This document shows positions 41,721 through 54,539 of a stretch of 64,000 bases of DNA, one piece after another. The position numbers were made by a program, and so were the translations under genes. Numbering within the stretch: the stretch's first letter is position 1; each line of letters starts with the position of its first letter. Under the pieces are notes generated by a model. It saw only the letters and a list, made by a program, of their open reading frames with translations. It searched no databases and was not told the DNA's origin. The DNA is from Octopus vulgaris (lineage: Eukaryota), in contig OX597814.1 in assembly GCA_951406725.2 (NCBI GenBank), positions 82,088,001 to 82,152,000 of the forward strand. Reading direction: 5' to 3'.

Positions 41721-42828
41721 GACCCCGGACTATTTATTCTTTGATGACTACTGACCAAATTACCTTAACGGACACCTGTCTCCCAGAAGTGAAGAGTTAC
41801 ATTTGTCTTCGGTTTTAGAGTCTGAAGAGTCGTTCACGAGGTTAAGGCCATTGTGGATGACCGGACATAAACTTAACTACTTATAAATACATTACTGTTC
41901 TATGCTTCAGAGTGTGCTTCTTTTACGGATATACGGCACATTGACGATACATATATACGACGGGCTTCTTTCTGTTTCCGTCGACAAAATCGGGGCTTTG
42001 GTCGTCCCGAGGGTATAGTAGAATATACTTGGCTAAAGTATCGCGCAATAGGACTGAACCCGGAACCATGAGTTTGGGAAGCAAACTTCTTACCACACCA
42101 CCTCCCCTGAGCCAATACAAATATTTTACTTAATATACGTCAGTACGTCCAGAATGTTCCCTATTAAAGCGACCGTCTATCTACAACCAGAAATGAAAAG
42201 AAATATCCCTAAAAGAACCCTACATACATACAAGGCATACGTACGCATATCCAAACAGGCACCATACACCGACGACAGGCGCACGAACAAACATCGATGT
42301 TAATGTTATAAAAGCCAGCAAGCAAGCAAGCAAACAAGGCAAGTTCAATCAATAAAAAAGAGAGGAAGGAAAACAAAGAAAAGAGGGGAAGGGAGTTGAT
42401 TTCTGTCTGTATGTTATTGTTTAAGAAACTCTTTACCTTTATGTAAAGAGAGCAGGTGAATTTTGCCCTTACCTTTATGCTAAGAAAGCAGGTGAATTTT
42501 ACCCTTGCTCTTTATGCTAAGGGAGCAGGTGAGTATTGCTATTGATACAGTCTTTCTCCCTTTTCTTCACACCATCCCTTACATTACTACTGTCCTCTTT
42601 TTCTCTTTTCATGTCACCTGTAGGGCATGCTAGTTACTTATTGGTTACCGAACCGACGAAGGGGAAAATCACTTACGTGGTCGCTCGGTTTGCTAGAAAT
42701 AGCAGTAACAACAACAACAACACGTGCGCACGCACACACACACACATTACATTTATATATCGTGTGTGCGTGTGTGTATGTGCGTGTGTGCGTGTGCACT
42801 CGTGCTTGTGTGTACTTATTTGTGTGGC

Positions 42829-42863
<35 letters not shown>

Positions 42864-43098
42864 CGTGCAGGTGTGTGTGCGTGTGTGTGTGTGCGTGTGT
42901 GCGAGCGCGTGTGTGTCTGTCTCTGTGTGTGAGTGTCCATAATTTAACGGTTCGGCAAAAAACAAAAGAACAAAAAAAAAGCGATGGAATAAGTACCATG
43001 CTTAACTATAAGTACCGGAGTGAATTCATTAGACTAAGCCCTTCACTGCGGTGCCCTCCAGTATGGCCGAAATCCAGTGACTGAAACGAGTAAAAGAT

Positions 43099-43203
<105 letters not shown>

Positions 43204-43298
43204 TATAGATAGATAGATATATATATATAAGTGAGCAGCTTTTTAAATTTTTCTTCTCCATTTTCTTTTATTGACTTTTTAATTTTATGAGATTGTTT

Positions 43299-43394
<96 letters not shown>

Positions 43395-43605
43395 AAAAAT
43401 ATATATAAAAATACAAAATGGGACAAGAACGGACGGGTCATTCGAAGCCTCTAATCTTCAGTCAAGAACCGGATCATCCTTGCAATTTCAGCTGATATAT
43501 ATATATATATTCAGGAAATTTCTATCAATATATTTGGTTAAACCCAGCTGGCATTTGAATTGTGTTTAACAATCCCTTACGGAGATATTGCTTCCTCTAA
43601 TTCTG

Positions 43606-43657
<52 letters not shown>

Positions 43658-44114
43658 TAGACTACCCGTTGGGTCAGCTGGAAAGTCTGAGTTTCCCAGC
43701 AATGGAGTTTTGTTTCGTGTTTTTTTTTTCTTTTCCATGTTATTTCGCATGTTTTCATCGAATCAAAATCACATGTAAACGGTTCCTTTCCACTGAAAAG
43801 GAAAGATTTGGCTGCTATTTTTTGCATGCCCGACTACCACGTAACATGTATTTTGGGTCCTTTATCGCAAATAGCTGTTACGTGGTAACAGGGTGTGCTA
43901 CATATAGCAGCAAATGTTTGGAGGTGAGATACGTTGAATGCGCTCGAAAAAAATTTTGCAATGGTATTCCCTAGGGGTGATCTTCCGCTTTGACTCTCAG
44001 AACTGTCATCCGGATCAGATGGTTTTGTTCCATATTTTTTTTATTTATTTACTTTTGTTTTAAAGTGAAAGAGAGGAAAAAGTGAAACATGTATGAACGT
44101 GTATATGAAATGGA

Positions 44115-44174
<60 letters not shown>

Positions 44175-45008
44175 TGATTGCCACTTACACATACATGATA
44201 ACACACGTTCACTCACACTCTCTTTCTCTCTCTCTCCATCTCATACACACACGTGCACACGTACATACAAAAAATGTACGCATATCTATTGATGTATGTA
44301 CGGATACATGACAACACAACCCTTCATTCTCTCTCTTTTTCTCTCTCTCTGCCTCTCTCTCTTCCTCTCTCTTTCTCTCTCTCTCCCTCTCTCTTTCACA
44401 TACACACGTCCATTTCATATACACGTACGAACATCTTTCACTTTAAAATAAAAGTAAAAAATAATATTTTTTTAAGGAAATTAGGACACTCCGGATGACA
44501 GTTCTGAGAGTCAAAGCGAAAGATCGCCATTCACTTGAAAATAATTTTTAAAAGCATTAAAATATTGTCTGTTTAAAGAAAACTAAAATATAAATACTTT
44601 CTGTACAAACAGCTTACATTTTTGAAATCACATTCACTTAAAAATATTTCCAAATGTTTAAAATATTGTGTACATCAAAAAGTCGACCTTTTTTTTTTGT
44701 CTTAGAGAGCCCAAAAACTATGTGTGTATATATGTCACAGATAGCACACTTGTGTTTGTGTTGATTGACATGCCATGGAATTCATTATATGTGTATGTAT
44801 TCTGTATGTGTATATGTGTGTTGACGTCACGGAAGTCATGTTTGTTTTTCGTCAAGAAATAACAAACAAAAATTGTGTTTAATCGTTTTTATTAATAAAT
44901 AAAGTTTCCAGATATCACAAAAAATTGTACTGCACTGCCGAAGGTAAATATGAAATTAAGTATGCAAAAAAAAGATAAAAATGTACTTAAGTTTTAATGT
45001 TATTAAGA
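43658..45008 (-). mobile_element. Probable non-autonomous Helitron carrying a nested foldback element
   Basis: Minus 3' end ACCCAACGGGTAGTCTAG|T; minus 5' end A|TCTTAATAAC; both ends lie in (TA)n. Confidence 0.45.
43976..44528. mobile_element. Foldback/MITE with long (~190-bp) imperfect TIRs
   Basis: GGTGATCTTCCGCTTTGACTCTCAGAACTGTCATCCGGA is mirrored by TCCGGATGACAGTTCTGAGAGTCAAAGCGAAAGATCGCC; inner arms also pair. Confidence 0.8.
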
Positions 45009-45012
45009 TATA

Positions 45013-45066
<54 letters not shown>

Positions 45067-46357
45067 CGAGGGACGTTCAATAAGTAATGCCTCTGACCCA
45101 CTTGCAATTGTTTGATCTAGCTGAAATTTTGCATGTGCAATCATTTATATCTCTATAGAGTAAGTGGCAAATTACAGCTCTGAATTAATTGTGGTTTCTG
45201 ATTTACAGGTGTTTGAACCGAGTCAAGTGTGAAATGGAGCCTGTTGAGTGTCGAGCAGTGATCTGGTTTTTGTATTGGAAAGGACGCACACCACGGGAGA
45301 CTTTTGATGAAATGAAAGTAACTTATGGTGATGATGCCCCATCATATGACCTTATAAAACGCTGGCATCGTGAATTCAAACATGGTCGGAACTCTGTGGA
45401 AACAGCTCCCAGATCTGGTCGCCCCCTTCTGCCATTGATGAGGCATCTGTCCGTCAAGTTGAGGTTGCCATTTTGGAAGATCGACGCATAACTATTCGCC
45501 AAATAGCCCATGAGGTCAAGATTAGTACCGGGTCTGTGGAAACTATCATTCATGACCATTTGCATATGCAAAAGGTGTCTGCCAGATGGATTCCCAGGTT
45601 GCTCACGCCTTTCCAGAAGCAAGAACGCGTCGAATGCTCGAGGGTGAATTTGGAGATGTGCCAAGAAGATGAGTCAAAATTTTTCAAAAGACTGATTACA
45701 CAGGATGAAACCTGGGTCCATCACGATGATCCAGAGACCAAAGCCCAGTCAATGCAGTGGAAGCACCGTGACTCACCCCCTCCAAAGAAGGCAAGGATGC
45801 AGCCCTCCGCTGGCAAGGTCATGCTCACAGTCTTCTGGGACCAGGACGGAGTAGTGATGACAGATTTCCTGGCAAAGGGTACCACAATTGCAGGAGCCTA
45901 TTATGCTTCACTTTTGAGGAAATTAAGAGAAGTTATCAAAATCAAGAGGCGGGGCAAGATCAGCAAAGGCATCCTCCTCCTGCAGGACAACGCTCCGGTC
46001 CACAACTCGCTTGTCGCCAGATCAGAAGCACAGGCGTATGGCTATGAACTCCTCCCCATCCCCCCGACTTTCCTGACCTTGCACGCTCTGATTTTCACCT
46101 CTTCCCAATCATGAAGTTGTTTTTGAAAGGAAAGCGTTTCCCAGATGATGCAGCCTTGATTTCTGAAGTCACGTTCAGGTTGGAGGACCAAGCTGGGTTC
46201 TTCTACAAAAACGGTCTCCAGAGCCGCATCAAACGATGGGAGAAATGTGTAACTCTGGGTGGTTCCTATGTAGAAAAAGACTAATAACTGTGCCAAGTTT
46301 CGTTGCTCTACTGCTATGGAAAGTGGGTCAGGGGCATTACTTATTGAACGCCCCTCG
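45067..46357 (+). mobile_element. Near-complete mariner (DD34D, irritans-like) transposon; frameshifted transposase 45234-46284
   Basis: TIRs CGAGGGACGTTCAATAAGTAATGCC / GGCATTACTTATTGAACGCCCCTCG; motifs WIPRLL, ITQDETWVHH, QDNAPVH; inserted in (TA)n. Confidence 0.93.
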
Positions 46358-46358
46358 A

Positions 46359-46396
<38 letters not shown>

Positions 46397-46398
<2 letters not shown>

Positions 46399-46637
46399 TC
46401 ACAATCAAGGAATGGCCATAATAGGCCATTCACCCACTAGAAATAACAGCCAAAGCTTCAACCGCAAAATAACATCAATTCCGCAAACCAGGAGAAAATT
46501 AAAAAACATTTACCCTGTAATTTTAATTTTTTTAATTTTCTCCTGGTTTGCGGAATTGATGTTATTTTGCGGTTGAAGCTTTGGCTGTTATTTCTAGTGG
46601 GTGAATGGCCTATTATGGCCATTCCTTGATTGTGATG
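46397..46637. repeat. Apparently perfect inverted repeat, 110-bp arms, 21-bp spacer
   Basis: 46397-46506 is the reverse complement of 46528-46637. Confidence 0.92.
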
Positions 46638-46971
46638 TTGAACTTATAAATGGTCTATGACTATTTAATTTTTTCCCACTAGGCCGCTGGTGGCAAATAA
46701 ATTCTACGAAATTTTTTGCCACCCTATATTGATTAATTATATATATATATATATATTTTGTGAAATAGAAAGATGAATAATCTTGTTGCAGTTTAATCAA
46801 AAGTTTAACCGATACCTTGGTAGCAAAAATCAGAGCAGAAGACGGCACGGTTGGAGGTACAACCATATGGTGTTGCAACCGTGCGTTGGTGCGGATAATT
46901 GAATTTTAATATTATTAGTGAATTGAAGAAATGGAGTTGAACGAAGATTGAACAGAAATCGTTTTATTGCA

Positions 46972-47051
46972 TTCTACACGTGTTTCGAAAGGCACAATTT
47001 ACCAAATTCCGATTGAATAAGGAGATCATATTGTGTCTTTCTCTTCAGGAA
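46972..47051 (-). ncRNA. Minimal type-I hammerhead ribozyme, intact core
   Basis: TTC-CTGAAGA-GAAAGACACAAT..loop..ATTGTGCCTTTC-GAAA-CACGTG-TA-GAA. Confidence 0.8.
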
Positions 47052-47158
47052 GAAATAGGAAATCCGTTGGAAAAAAACAAAAACAGAACAGAGGCGGAGC
47101 AAAACAAATCGAACGAGGCTCCTAAGAGCCCATGGCCAAACTGTTTTCTTCAATTCAC

Positions 47159-47195
<37 letters not shown>

Positions 47196-47320
47196 TGTGT
47201 GTGTGTGTTTATGTTTGTATGTATATATATATTATTCAAAGAAATTTCAACTCTGTCTGTTTTTTATGTTTTATTTATATTCTTTATAATATTAATGTAG
47301 AATATAGAATATATAGTATA

Positions 47321-47378
<58 letters not shown>

Positions 47379-47438
47379 AAATAAAATGAAGTATTGATTG
47401 TCTTATTGAATAGATGAAATGTTGAATATAAAATATTA

Positions 47439-47482
47439 GGGTCTAGTATACTTTCATGCGTTATAGCAGTCTTCAAGGTCCC
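47439..47482 (-). ncRNA. Degenerate hammerhead ribozyme
   Basis: GGGAC-CTTGAAGA-CTGC-TATAAC-GCAT-GAAA-GTATAC-TA-GACCC. Confidence 0.5.
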
Positions 47483-47882
47483 AGGTTGTGACAGGGGTGT
47501 TTCAACTGTGTTTGACTGACTGTCTATTGTCCTTTATATATGTTCCTGTGCGCATCAGTAGTAGTTGTTTGGCTATTTTTAGAAATGATGCTCTATATAT
47601 ATATATATATATATAGTCGCAGTTGAGTGTACAAATAGATGTACGTCCGCTACTGTTATGTTTAGAGCTCCGTATGGATTTTCATAATTCAGTCTTATTT
47701 CTGTATAGTTGTTAAGTAACATCTATACCGTTTTGAATTACTAGTTTACTGGTTATGAACTAAAGAGCAGATGTCGGAGAAATAATGCTAAACACAGGTT
47801 TATGTCATAATTCCTTCGCGCGTTTCATCGTTATGATGTTTGGAGCATAAAGATAACTATCTGTAACTTAATAAAATAAAGT

Positions 47883-47962
47883 GTTCCTGATGATTCGTTA
47901 TGGTAGAGTATTTGGTACATCAATGCTCCAAACAACCATAATGGCGAAACGCGCGTAGGAAC
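47883..47962 (+). ncRNA. Minimal type-I hammerhead ribozyme
   Basis: GTTC-CTGATGA-TTCGTTATGGT..ACCATAATGGC-GAAA-CGCGCG-TA-GGAAC. Confidence 0.7.
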
Positions 47963-48001
47963 TTGTGTTTATCTTTATTTCTCTCGTGTACATATATACC
48001 T

Positions 48002-48114
<113 letters not shown>

Positions 48115-48141
48115 AATATAATATGTGACAATTATTCGGTA

Positions 48142-48211
48142 GCCAGGATAAAACTCCGAGTTTCGGATGTCGGGGCGGAATCCCTCGCCGCCCTCTCTTC
48201 AGTTATCCGGC
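48142..48211 (-). ncRNA. Hammerhead ribozyme (downstream copy on the minus strand)
   Basis: GCCGGATAA-CTGAAGA-[GC-rich stem II]-GAAA-CTCGGAG-TT-TTATCCTGGC. Confidence 0.78.
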
Positions 48212-48560
48212 CATCGAAAAAATGCCCGAGAAAGATTTCCATCTCATGCACTTAATAAGGTCTGTAATTTTCTCCAAAAGTTTCTTAGAGGTATACCATC
48301 TCTTGATGGTATAGGTATGTTTTTCATGGAATAATCGATGTAGTAGTCGTCCATATTGAATTCTTCTGCGGGGCAGAGTCCTCAAACGATTTCTGGCGAT
48401 TTTCCAAAATAAGCTGTATTAGCCCTTACGGAAAAATAGCGGTGTACGGGAGGTAACTTATCGATAGAAATGGTAAGACAACAAAAGAATGAAAGAGACC
48501 TCGATATTATGTAAATAGAGGAATTTATCTGTAAATATAATATGTGACAATTATTCGGTA

Positions 48561-48630
48561 GCCATGATAAAACTCCGAGTTTCGGATGTCGGGGCGGAAA
48601 CCCACGCCGCTATCTCTTCAGTTATCCGGC
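48561..48630 (-). ncRNA. Hammerhead ribozyme (upstream copy on the minus strand)
   Basis: GCCGGATAA-CTGAAGA-GATAGCGGCGTGGGTTTCCGCCCCGACATCC-GAAA-CTCGGAG-TT-TTATCATGGC. Confidence 0.78.
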
Positions 48631-49552
48631 CAGTCGTACGGTTGCCATCGTGATTTACGTTAGATAATGCGCTTCACCAGCAGCAATAATGACAATACCA
48701 CCACCCAGCGATCCAGTCAGAGAAGACTTCAATGTGATTGATCGATCTGCTTGAAATAACAGCCACAACTTTTTCAAGTTGCGTCCTAAGTTCTTAAAAG
48801 GAAAAAGGCTCACAGCTGGATAATGTAGCCTCAGTTTTCAAACACGTCCGGAAAAGACTGACTGGAAAGCCTTTGCATATAAGGCTTGCTCGGTCATGGC
48901 TGATTTCGAACCACAATACAACTACAGCCAACAATGAATAGTTATCTTATCTAACAAGGGAACTTTTGAGTCGTCGCTAGAATTTCTTAAAAATAACAAG
49001 CATCATCCCGCCAATGACATCAGGAAGCCTTTCCGCGATAGTTCAAATTGGTAATATCAGCCAAATCTCCTTCAAATCACACTCCGCTGACTAAAAAAAA
49101 AAAAAAAAAAAGAAGAAGAAGAAGTTAAGAAAAAGAAAAAAAGAAAAAAGAAGAGCAGTCAATGCCCTAAAACACTTTGCATAATACGGGCTTGTTTTAT
49201 ACACTTCACACACACACACACACACATACAAATATAGTTGGTGTGCGTTTAATCATAAGTATAGATTTACTCGATCAGGCCTAAACCACAACAAAATCAA
49301 GTGAGTTTCTTTAAAAATGCTTTCTAATTTAGGTGCAAAGTCACCAAATCAGATGGAGGAATCTAGTCGATGCCATCAAACTCAATTCTTGAATGGTACT
49401 TTATTTTACCGTCCCCGAGGGTATTGAAAAGGAAAATTGATTTCGGGGGGATTCGAATTCAGAATGTCAAGAGCTGGTAGAAATAAATCTAGTCATTTTG
49501 TCCGACATGCTAACGATTCTGCCAGATCGTCGTCTTTGTCCCATTTTAATAA

Positions 49553-51803
49553 CACTGGTCAACAGCCAATTTGCATCAGGAATACTATATGGTGTCTTAT
49601 ATGTAGTTTTGTCCGCAGATTTCAAAAATGTAATCGGTTTCTTTCTATTAGGCACAGTTTTTCTGATGAGATAAGAGAGGTATATAACTCCCATCAGCAG
49701 TATCGCTACACGTAAACATCTTATACAGATAAATTCTGACTTCTGTTTTATAACTGTTTGTATTCATTTTGTAATTTTATGTTTCCATTATCTTTTCTTT
49801 TCCTAAACTTTACTTTCTGTTTAAGGTGCCAAGTCATCATCATTATCAAATTCTATTCAGGATTTCAAGGCATTGCAAGAACAGTCCTGATATAGTTTGT
49901 GATATCTGTGGTTCATTTACCACAAAAGCTCAGCAACGTGCCATCACAAGTGAAATCAAGAAGATCTACCAGTTATACTAAGGCTGCTCACTCGGGTATC
50001 AAAATAAGAGTTGGGACCCGCACATCATCTGCTCAGCTTGTTCAAATGGACTAAAATGATTGGCTAAATAAGAGGAAGAGAGCAATGCCGTTTGCAATAC
50101 ATATGATATGGAGAGAGCCGAAATTTCATTTCATGGACTGTTATTTCTGCAACGTTAATGTATGTGGGTTTTCTATAAAGACCAAGCATAAGATTGTGTA
50201 TCCCAACTTGGAATCAGCAAGAAGACAAGTACCACACAACGATGATAATCTTCCTATTCCAATACCACCAGAAAATTGCCTTCAGATGACTGACGAAGAT
50301 GCATTTCCTGAAGAAAATACTACTGCTGTGGAAGACACCGCAGTGGATGCAGATTTCACGATTGAACATGAAGACGTACCACAAAAATTTTCTCAAGGAG
50401 AGTTAAATGATTTAGTTAGAGACTTGCCATTGTCGAAGGATAAAGCTGAACTATTAGCATTTTGCTTACAAGAAAAGTGTCTGCTTAAGAAAGATGTTTG
50501 TATTACTCATTTCAGGAAGATAAATAGGTATCTGACTTCATGTTTCTCTGTTTTTGGACCACTTTGTTTCAGTAATAACACTGATGAGTTATTTCGCTGT
50601 TTGTTCCAAGAGCATGTTCCAGTTGAATGGCGTTTATTCATTGATTCATCTAAGAGAAGCCTCAAGGCAGTACTACTACACAACGGCAATAAGGAACCAT
50701 CCATTCCCATTGGACATTCAGTGCACATGAGAGAGTGTTATGAAAACATGCAAGTACTCCTCAATGCCGTAAAGTATACAAACTACAGCTGGAAAATATG
50801 TGAAGACTTGAAGGTGATTGGAATGTTGATGGGAATGCAATCTGGGTTCACGAAATATTGTTGCTTTTTATGCCTATGGGACAGTCGTGCAACTAACAAG
50901 CACTATGTGCAATCAGAATGGCCTTTGCGAAAATCATATGAGCCGGGAGTTTCTAGCGTCCAGAATAAGTCACTTTCAAACCCAGAAAATGTTCTCCTTC
51001 CCCCTCTTCACATAAAGCTTGGCCTCATGAAACAATTCATGAAGACACTTGCCAGGAAAAGCTCAAAAGGTTTTGAATATGTGAAGGCCAAATTTCCAAA
51101 CATCACCGAGGCAAAATTGAAAGAGGGTGTATTCATAGGTCCGCAGATAAAAGAACTCCTGAAAGACAACCACTTCCTCACAGCACTGGATGAGATTGAG
51201 CCTAAAGCCTGGGAATCCTTCAAATGGCTCTGTGAAAATTTCTTAGGCAACAAGAGATCTCTAGAGTTTAGAAATGGAGTGAAATGTCTTCTAGACTCCT
51301 ACGCTGCAATGGGCTGTCGGATGTCACTAAAATTCCATTTCCTTGATTCACATCCGGACTTTTTTGCAGAGAACCTTGGAGCAGTGTCTGATGAGCAAGA
51401 GGAACGCTTTCATCAAAATATTGCATCAAGGGAACAACGATTTCAAGGATTTTGGAATGCAGGAATGTTAGCTAACTACTGTTGGATGTTATACAGGGAT
51501 GATGAACCTGAGACAAAACACCATAGAAAGTCCAAATCCCAAAGATTTTAAGTTAATATGCATTTGAGTGTATACTAACTTTTGAGTGTACACAATAATT
51601 TTAATTTGGTACAATAAAAAAGTCATAAAATTATCGTATCTTGTATTTAATATACTTTACATAGACATGCTTTACGTATCCTATTACTTAAAAAAGCAGA
51701 TATCATTAACATGAAAATGTGACCTTATAGAGGAAATCGGACTTCAGATTCGTAATCAGCAACTCTGATGATTAAAAAAAAAGCTTCATTTTGTTAACCA
51801 GTG
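49553..51803 (+). mobile_element. Full-length Chapaev3 (CMC superfamily) DNA transposon
   Basis: Termini CACTGGTCAACA / TGTTAACCAGTG; TAA TSD at 49550-49552 and 51804-51806. Confidence 0.85.
49861..51551 (+). pseudogene. Chapaev3 transposase (488-aa open portion 50085-51551; N-terminal zinc finger disrupted)
   Basis: WREPK..DCYFC, WRLFIDSSKRSLKAVLLHNGN, FTKYCCFLCLWDSRA, LLPPLHIKLGLMKQF, GAVSDEQEERFHQ. Upstream CKNSPD..CDICG..PHIICSAC carries a stop and a frameshift. Confidence 0.85.
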
Positions 51804-51809
51804 TAATCC

Positions 51810-52010
51810 TTTCTATTACAGGTACACATGGCCTGAAATTCATTGGGAGGAAGGCAGTCTATTACATCGATCCCCATCCCCCACACCAGTGATCAATTGG
51901 TACTTATTTTATCGACCCTGAAAGACGACCTCAGCGGAATTTGAACTCAGAACGTAATGCTGCTAGGCATTTTGTTCAGCGTTCTAACGATTCTGCCAGC
52001 TCGCTATCTT
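51810..52010 (-). mobile_element. SINE family B
   Basis: Reverse-complement match to the family B copies. Confidence 0.7.
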
Positions 52011-52359
52011 TGCCTCACTTTAATAATAATTACTATTACTATTAAAAATAAGAATTATTGTCATTCAATAATATTAATATTATTACTATTATAGTAGAAA
52101 CAGCCTAAAGCTAACGAGGGTGGTTATGTAATGCTTACTTTTTTGTCATCAATTAATTAATATGACACTCTGTACCCTCCTAACGCTTTACTCTAAAGCA
52201 TAAATATATTGAGTTCTAACAACTGGTTATTAGTATCGGATTCCTCAGCGAAATGATTTTAAATATATGTATATGTACGTATATGTGTGTGTGGGTGTGA
52301 GTGTGCGTGTATGTATGTGTGCGCGTGTGTGTATGTATGTATATATACACACACATAGG

Positions 52360-52542
52360 CATAAGGATGACTGAATGATAAGAAACTTGCTTCACAACCG
52401 CATGATTCTAGGTGAAGCCCACCTGCATAACGCTTTCAGTAAGTGTCTTCTACTACAGCCTCGGGCCTTGTCAGTGGATTTAGTAGACGAAATCTGAAAG
52501 AAGCCAGTTGTGCATATATATGTGTGTGTGTGTGTGTGTGTA

Positions 52543-52604
<62 letters not shown>

Positions 52605-52679
52605 TATCTGTGTGTGCGTGTGTGTGTTTTTGTATCTGTGTTTTCCCCACCACTGCTTGACAACCGGTGTTGGTTTGTT

Positions 52680-52680
<1 letters not shown>
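52360..52680 (+). mobile_element. SINE family A, diverged
   Basis: AAGTGTCTTCTACTACAGCCTCGGGCC..GTGGATTTAGTAGACG..GCTTGACAACCGGTGTTGG. Confidence 0.65.
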
Positions 52681-52757
<77 letters not shown>

Positions 52758-53719
52758 CGTTCGCGCGTGTGCGTGTATGTTTGCAAGTCTGTTTCTGACA
52801 ATACACATGTATTTATGTGTATGGAAATTGTATATGTATATAATATGTAATTTCGTGTAAACCGAAACTGAAACCAAAACCGAAAGTGAAACTTGAGTAG
52901 TAATTTTTTTTTCTCCCCGATAAAAATTAGCAATGGCGGGAAATATAGGTTTAAAAGAACAGAAAATAAAGGACAAAGAGAAAGAAAAGCTAAAAATGGA
53001 AATAAAAGAATGAGAATAATGAAAGAAAGGGGTAAAGGATGAAGAGTAAAAGATAAAGGAGAGATCAAAAGAAAGAATAAATATTAAAAATCTCAGCTGA
53101 AGGAAAGCTTCCTTCAATAAGAGCAGTGTACGAACGCTTGACCGTCTAGCAAGCAGCGACATGTTAGCCCTAGACATAGAAACATATCTACTCATCCAAA
53201 CAAACATACATGCACATACAATGATACACACACACACACACACACACTCACACATCTATACATACGCACACACACACATACACACACGCTCCCACAAACA
53301 TGTACACACACACCCACACACACACAAACATACATACAAACACAAAAGAAATGCAGATACAGACATACATTGATTGACTCACACCACGCGGCAAATAGCT
53401 ATGAAGGTAACCAATGAAGCAAGACTTATTTGTGTAGATGAAGAATCAATGAGAGGAGGAGGAAGGGGAGGAGGAGGATAGGAGAAGGAGGATATGGAAG
53501 TTGTCGAATAACAGGCAGGAGAAGGGGATGGAAAGAAAAAATAGGGAGGAGATAAAGAGGCTGAGTAAAAATAATGGGGAGAGCGATAAGCGCAGGTGGA
53601 ACTTGTAATGACTAAGGAAACAGCGTTAGTTTCTTCCTTACCCGCGTTAAGTCCTAGCATCTACACAATCACCCACTTCTCCACAACAAACAACAACAGC
53701 AGTAACACCAACAATGCAA

Positions 53720-53925
53720 ACAGCATCTTGCAGTCGCTTGATCAACTAAAAATAGGTGCTAAATCTCCTTCAAGTCACGCCAACTATCTTAAAAAGGGCA
53801 GAATGACACGAGGCAATGCCGTCCAAGATACAGAGCTTGAACAAAAAAGAAACGATACAGAATAGTCGCACCTGAAACACACTTTTGATCATAGGTCTAC
53901 ACGAACAGGGCTAAAAACAACACCC
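53720..53925 (+). mobile_element. Ancient ~250-bp dispersed repeat with an (AAC)n-like tail
   Basis: Diverged copies of GAAATAGCAGCCAAATCTCC..GGTCATGGCTGGAA..TTTGATCATAGGTCT at ~11185, 26730(-), 31780(-), 34430, 48740, 49050 and 61615. Confidence 0.55.
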
Positions 53926-54115
53926 CGTATTCACATGCGTTCCAGCAATAGCCATTCCATCTTTGGAACACTAGATCTGATGACAGTACCTCATCGTTCA
54001 ATCGGCCGAGGTCCGCTCAGCTGAGGCCGACCGAAATTAGGTATTAACAATAACAACAGTAGCAGTATCATGAGCAATACTCCGTGTAACAAATGAACAA
54101 ATGACAATGGAAATT

Positions 54116-54539
54116 GATATTATATCTTTACTACCCATAAGGGTCTAAACACAGAAGGGACAAACAAGGACAGACAAACGGATTAAGTCGATTATATCGA
54201 CCCCAGTGCGTAACTGGTACTTATTTAATCGACCCCGAAAGGATGAAAGGCAAAATCGATCTCGGCGGAATTTGAACTCAGAACGTTCAAACAGACGAAA
54301 TACTTATTTCTTTATTACCCACAAGGGGTTAAACACAGAGAGGACAAACAAGGACAGACAAACGGATTGAGTCGATTATATCGACCTCAGTGCGTAACTG
54401 GTACTTAATTTATCAACCCCGAAAGGATGAAAGGCAAAGTCGACATCGGCGGAATTTGAACTCAGAACGTAACGGCAGACGAAATACGGCTACGCATTTC
54501 GCCCGGCGTGCTAACGTTTCTGCCAGCTCGCCGCCTTTA
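54116..54539 (-). mobile_element. Dimeric SINE family B variant with 13-bp TSD
   Basis: GACAATGGAAATT at 54103-54115 and 54540-54552. Confidence 0.8.

Noticed and set aside
43430-43495. CTGAAGA-containing (TA)n-flanked unit as a possible HHR
   Set aside because: No properly placed stem II-GAAA.
52392-53255. 287-aa ORF and similar [12 protein letters not shown] ORFs throughout the window
   Set aside because: These are microsatellite translations.
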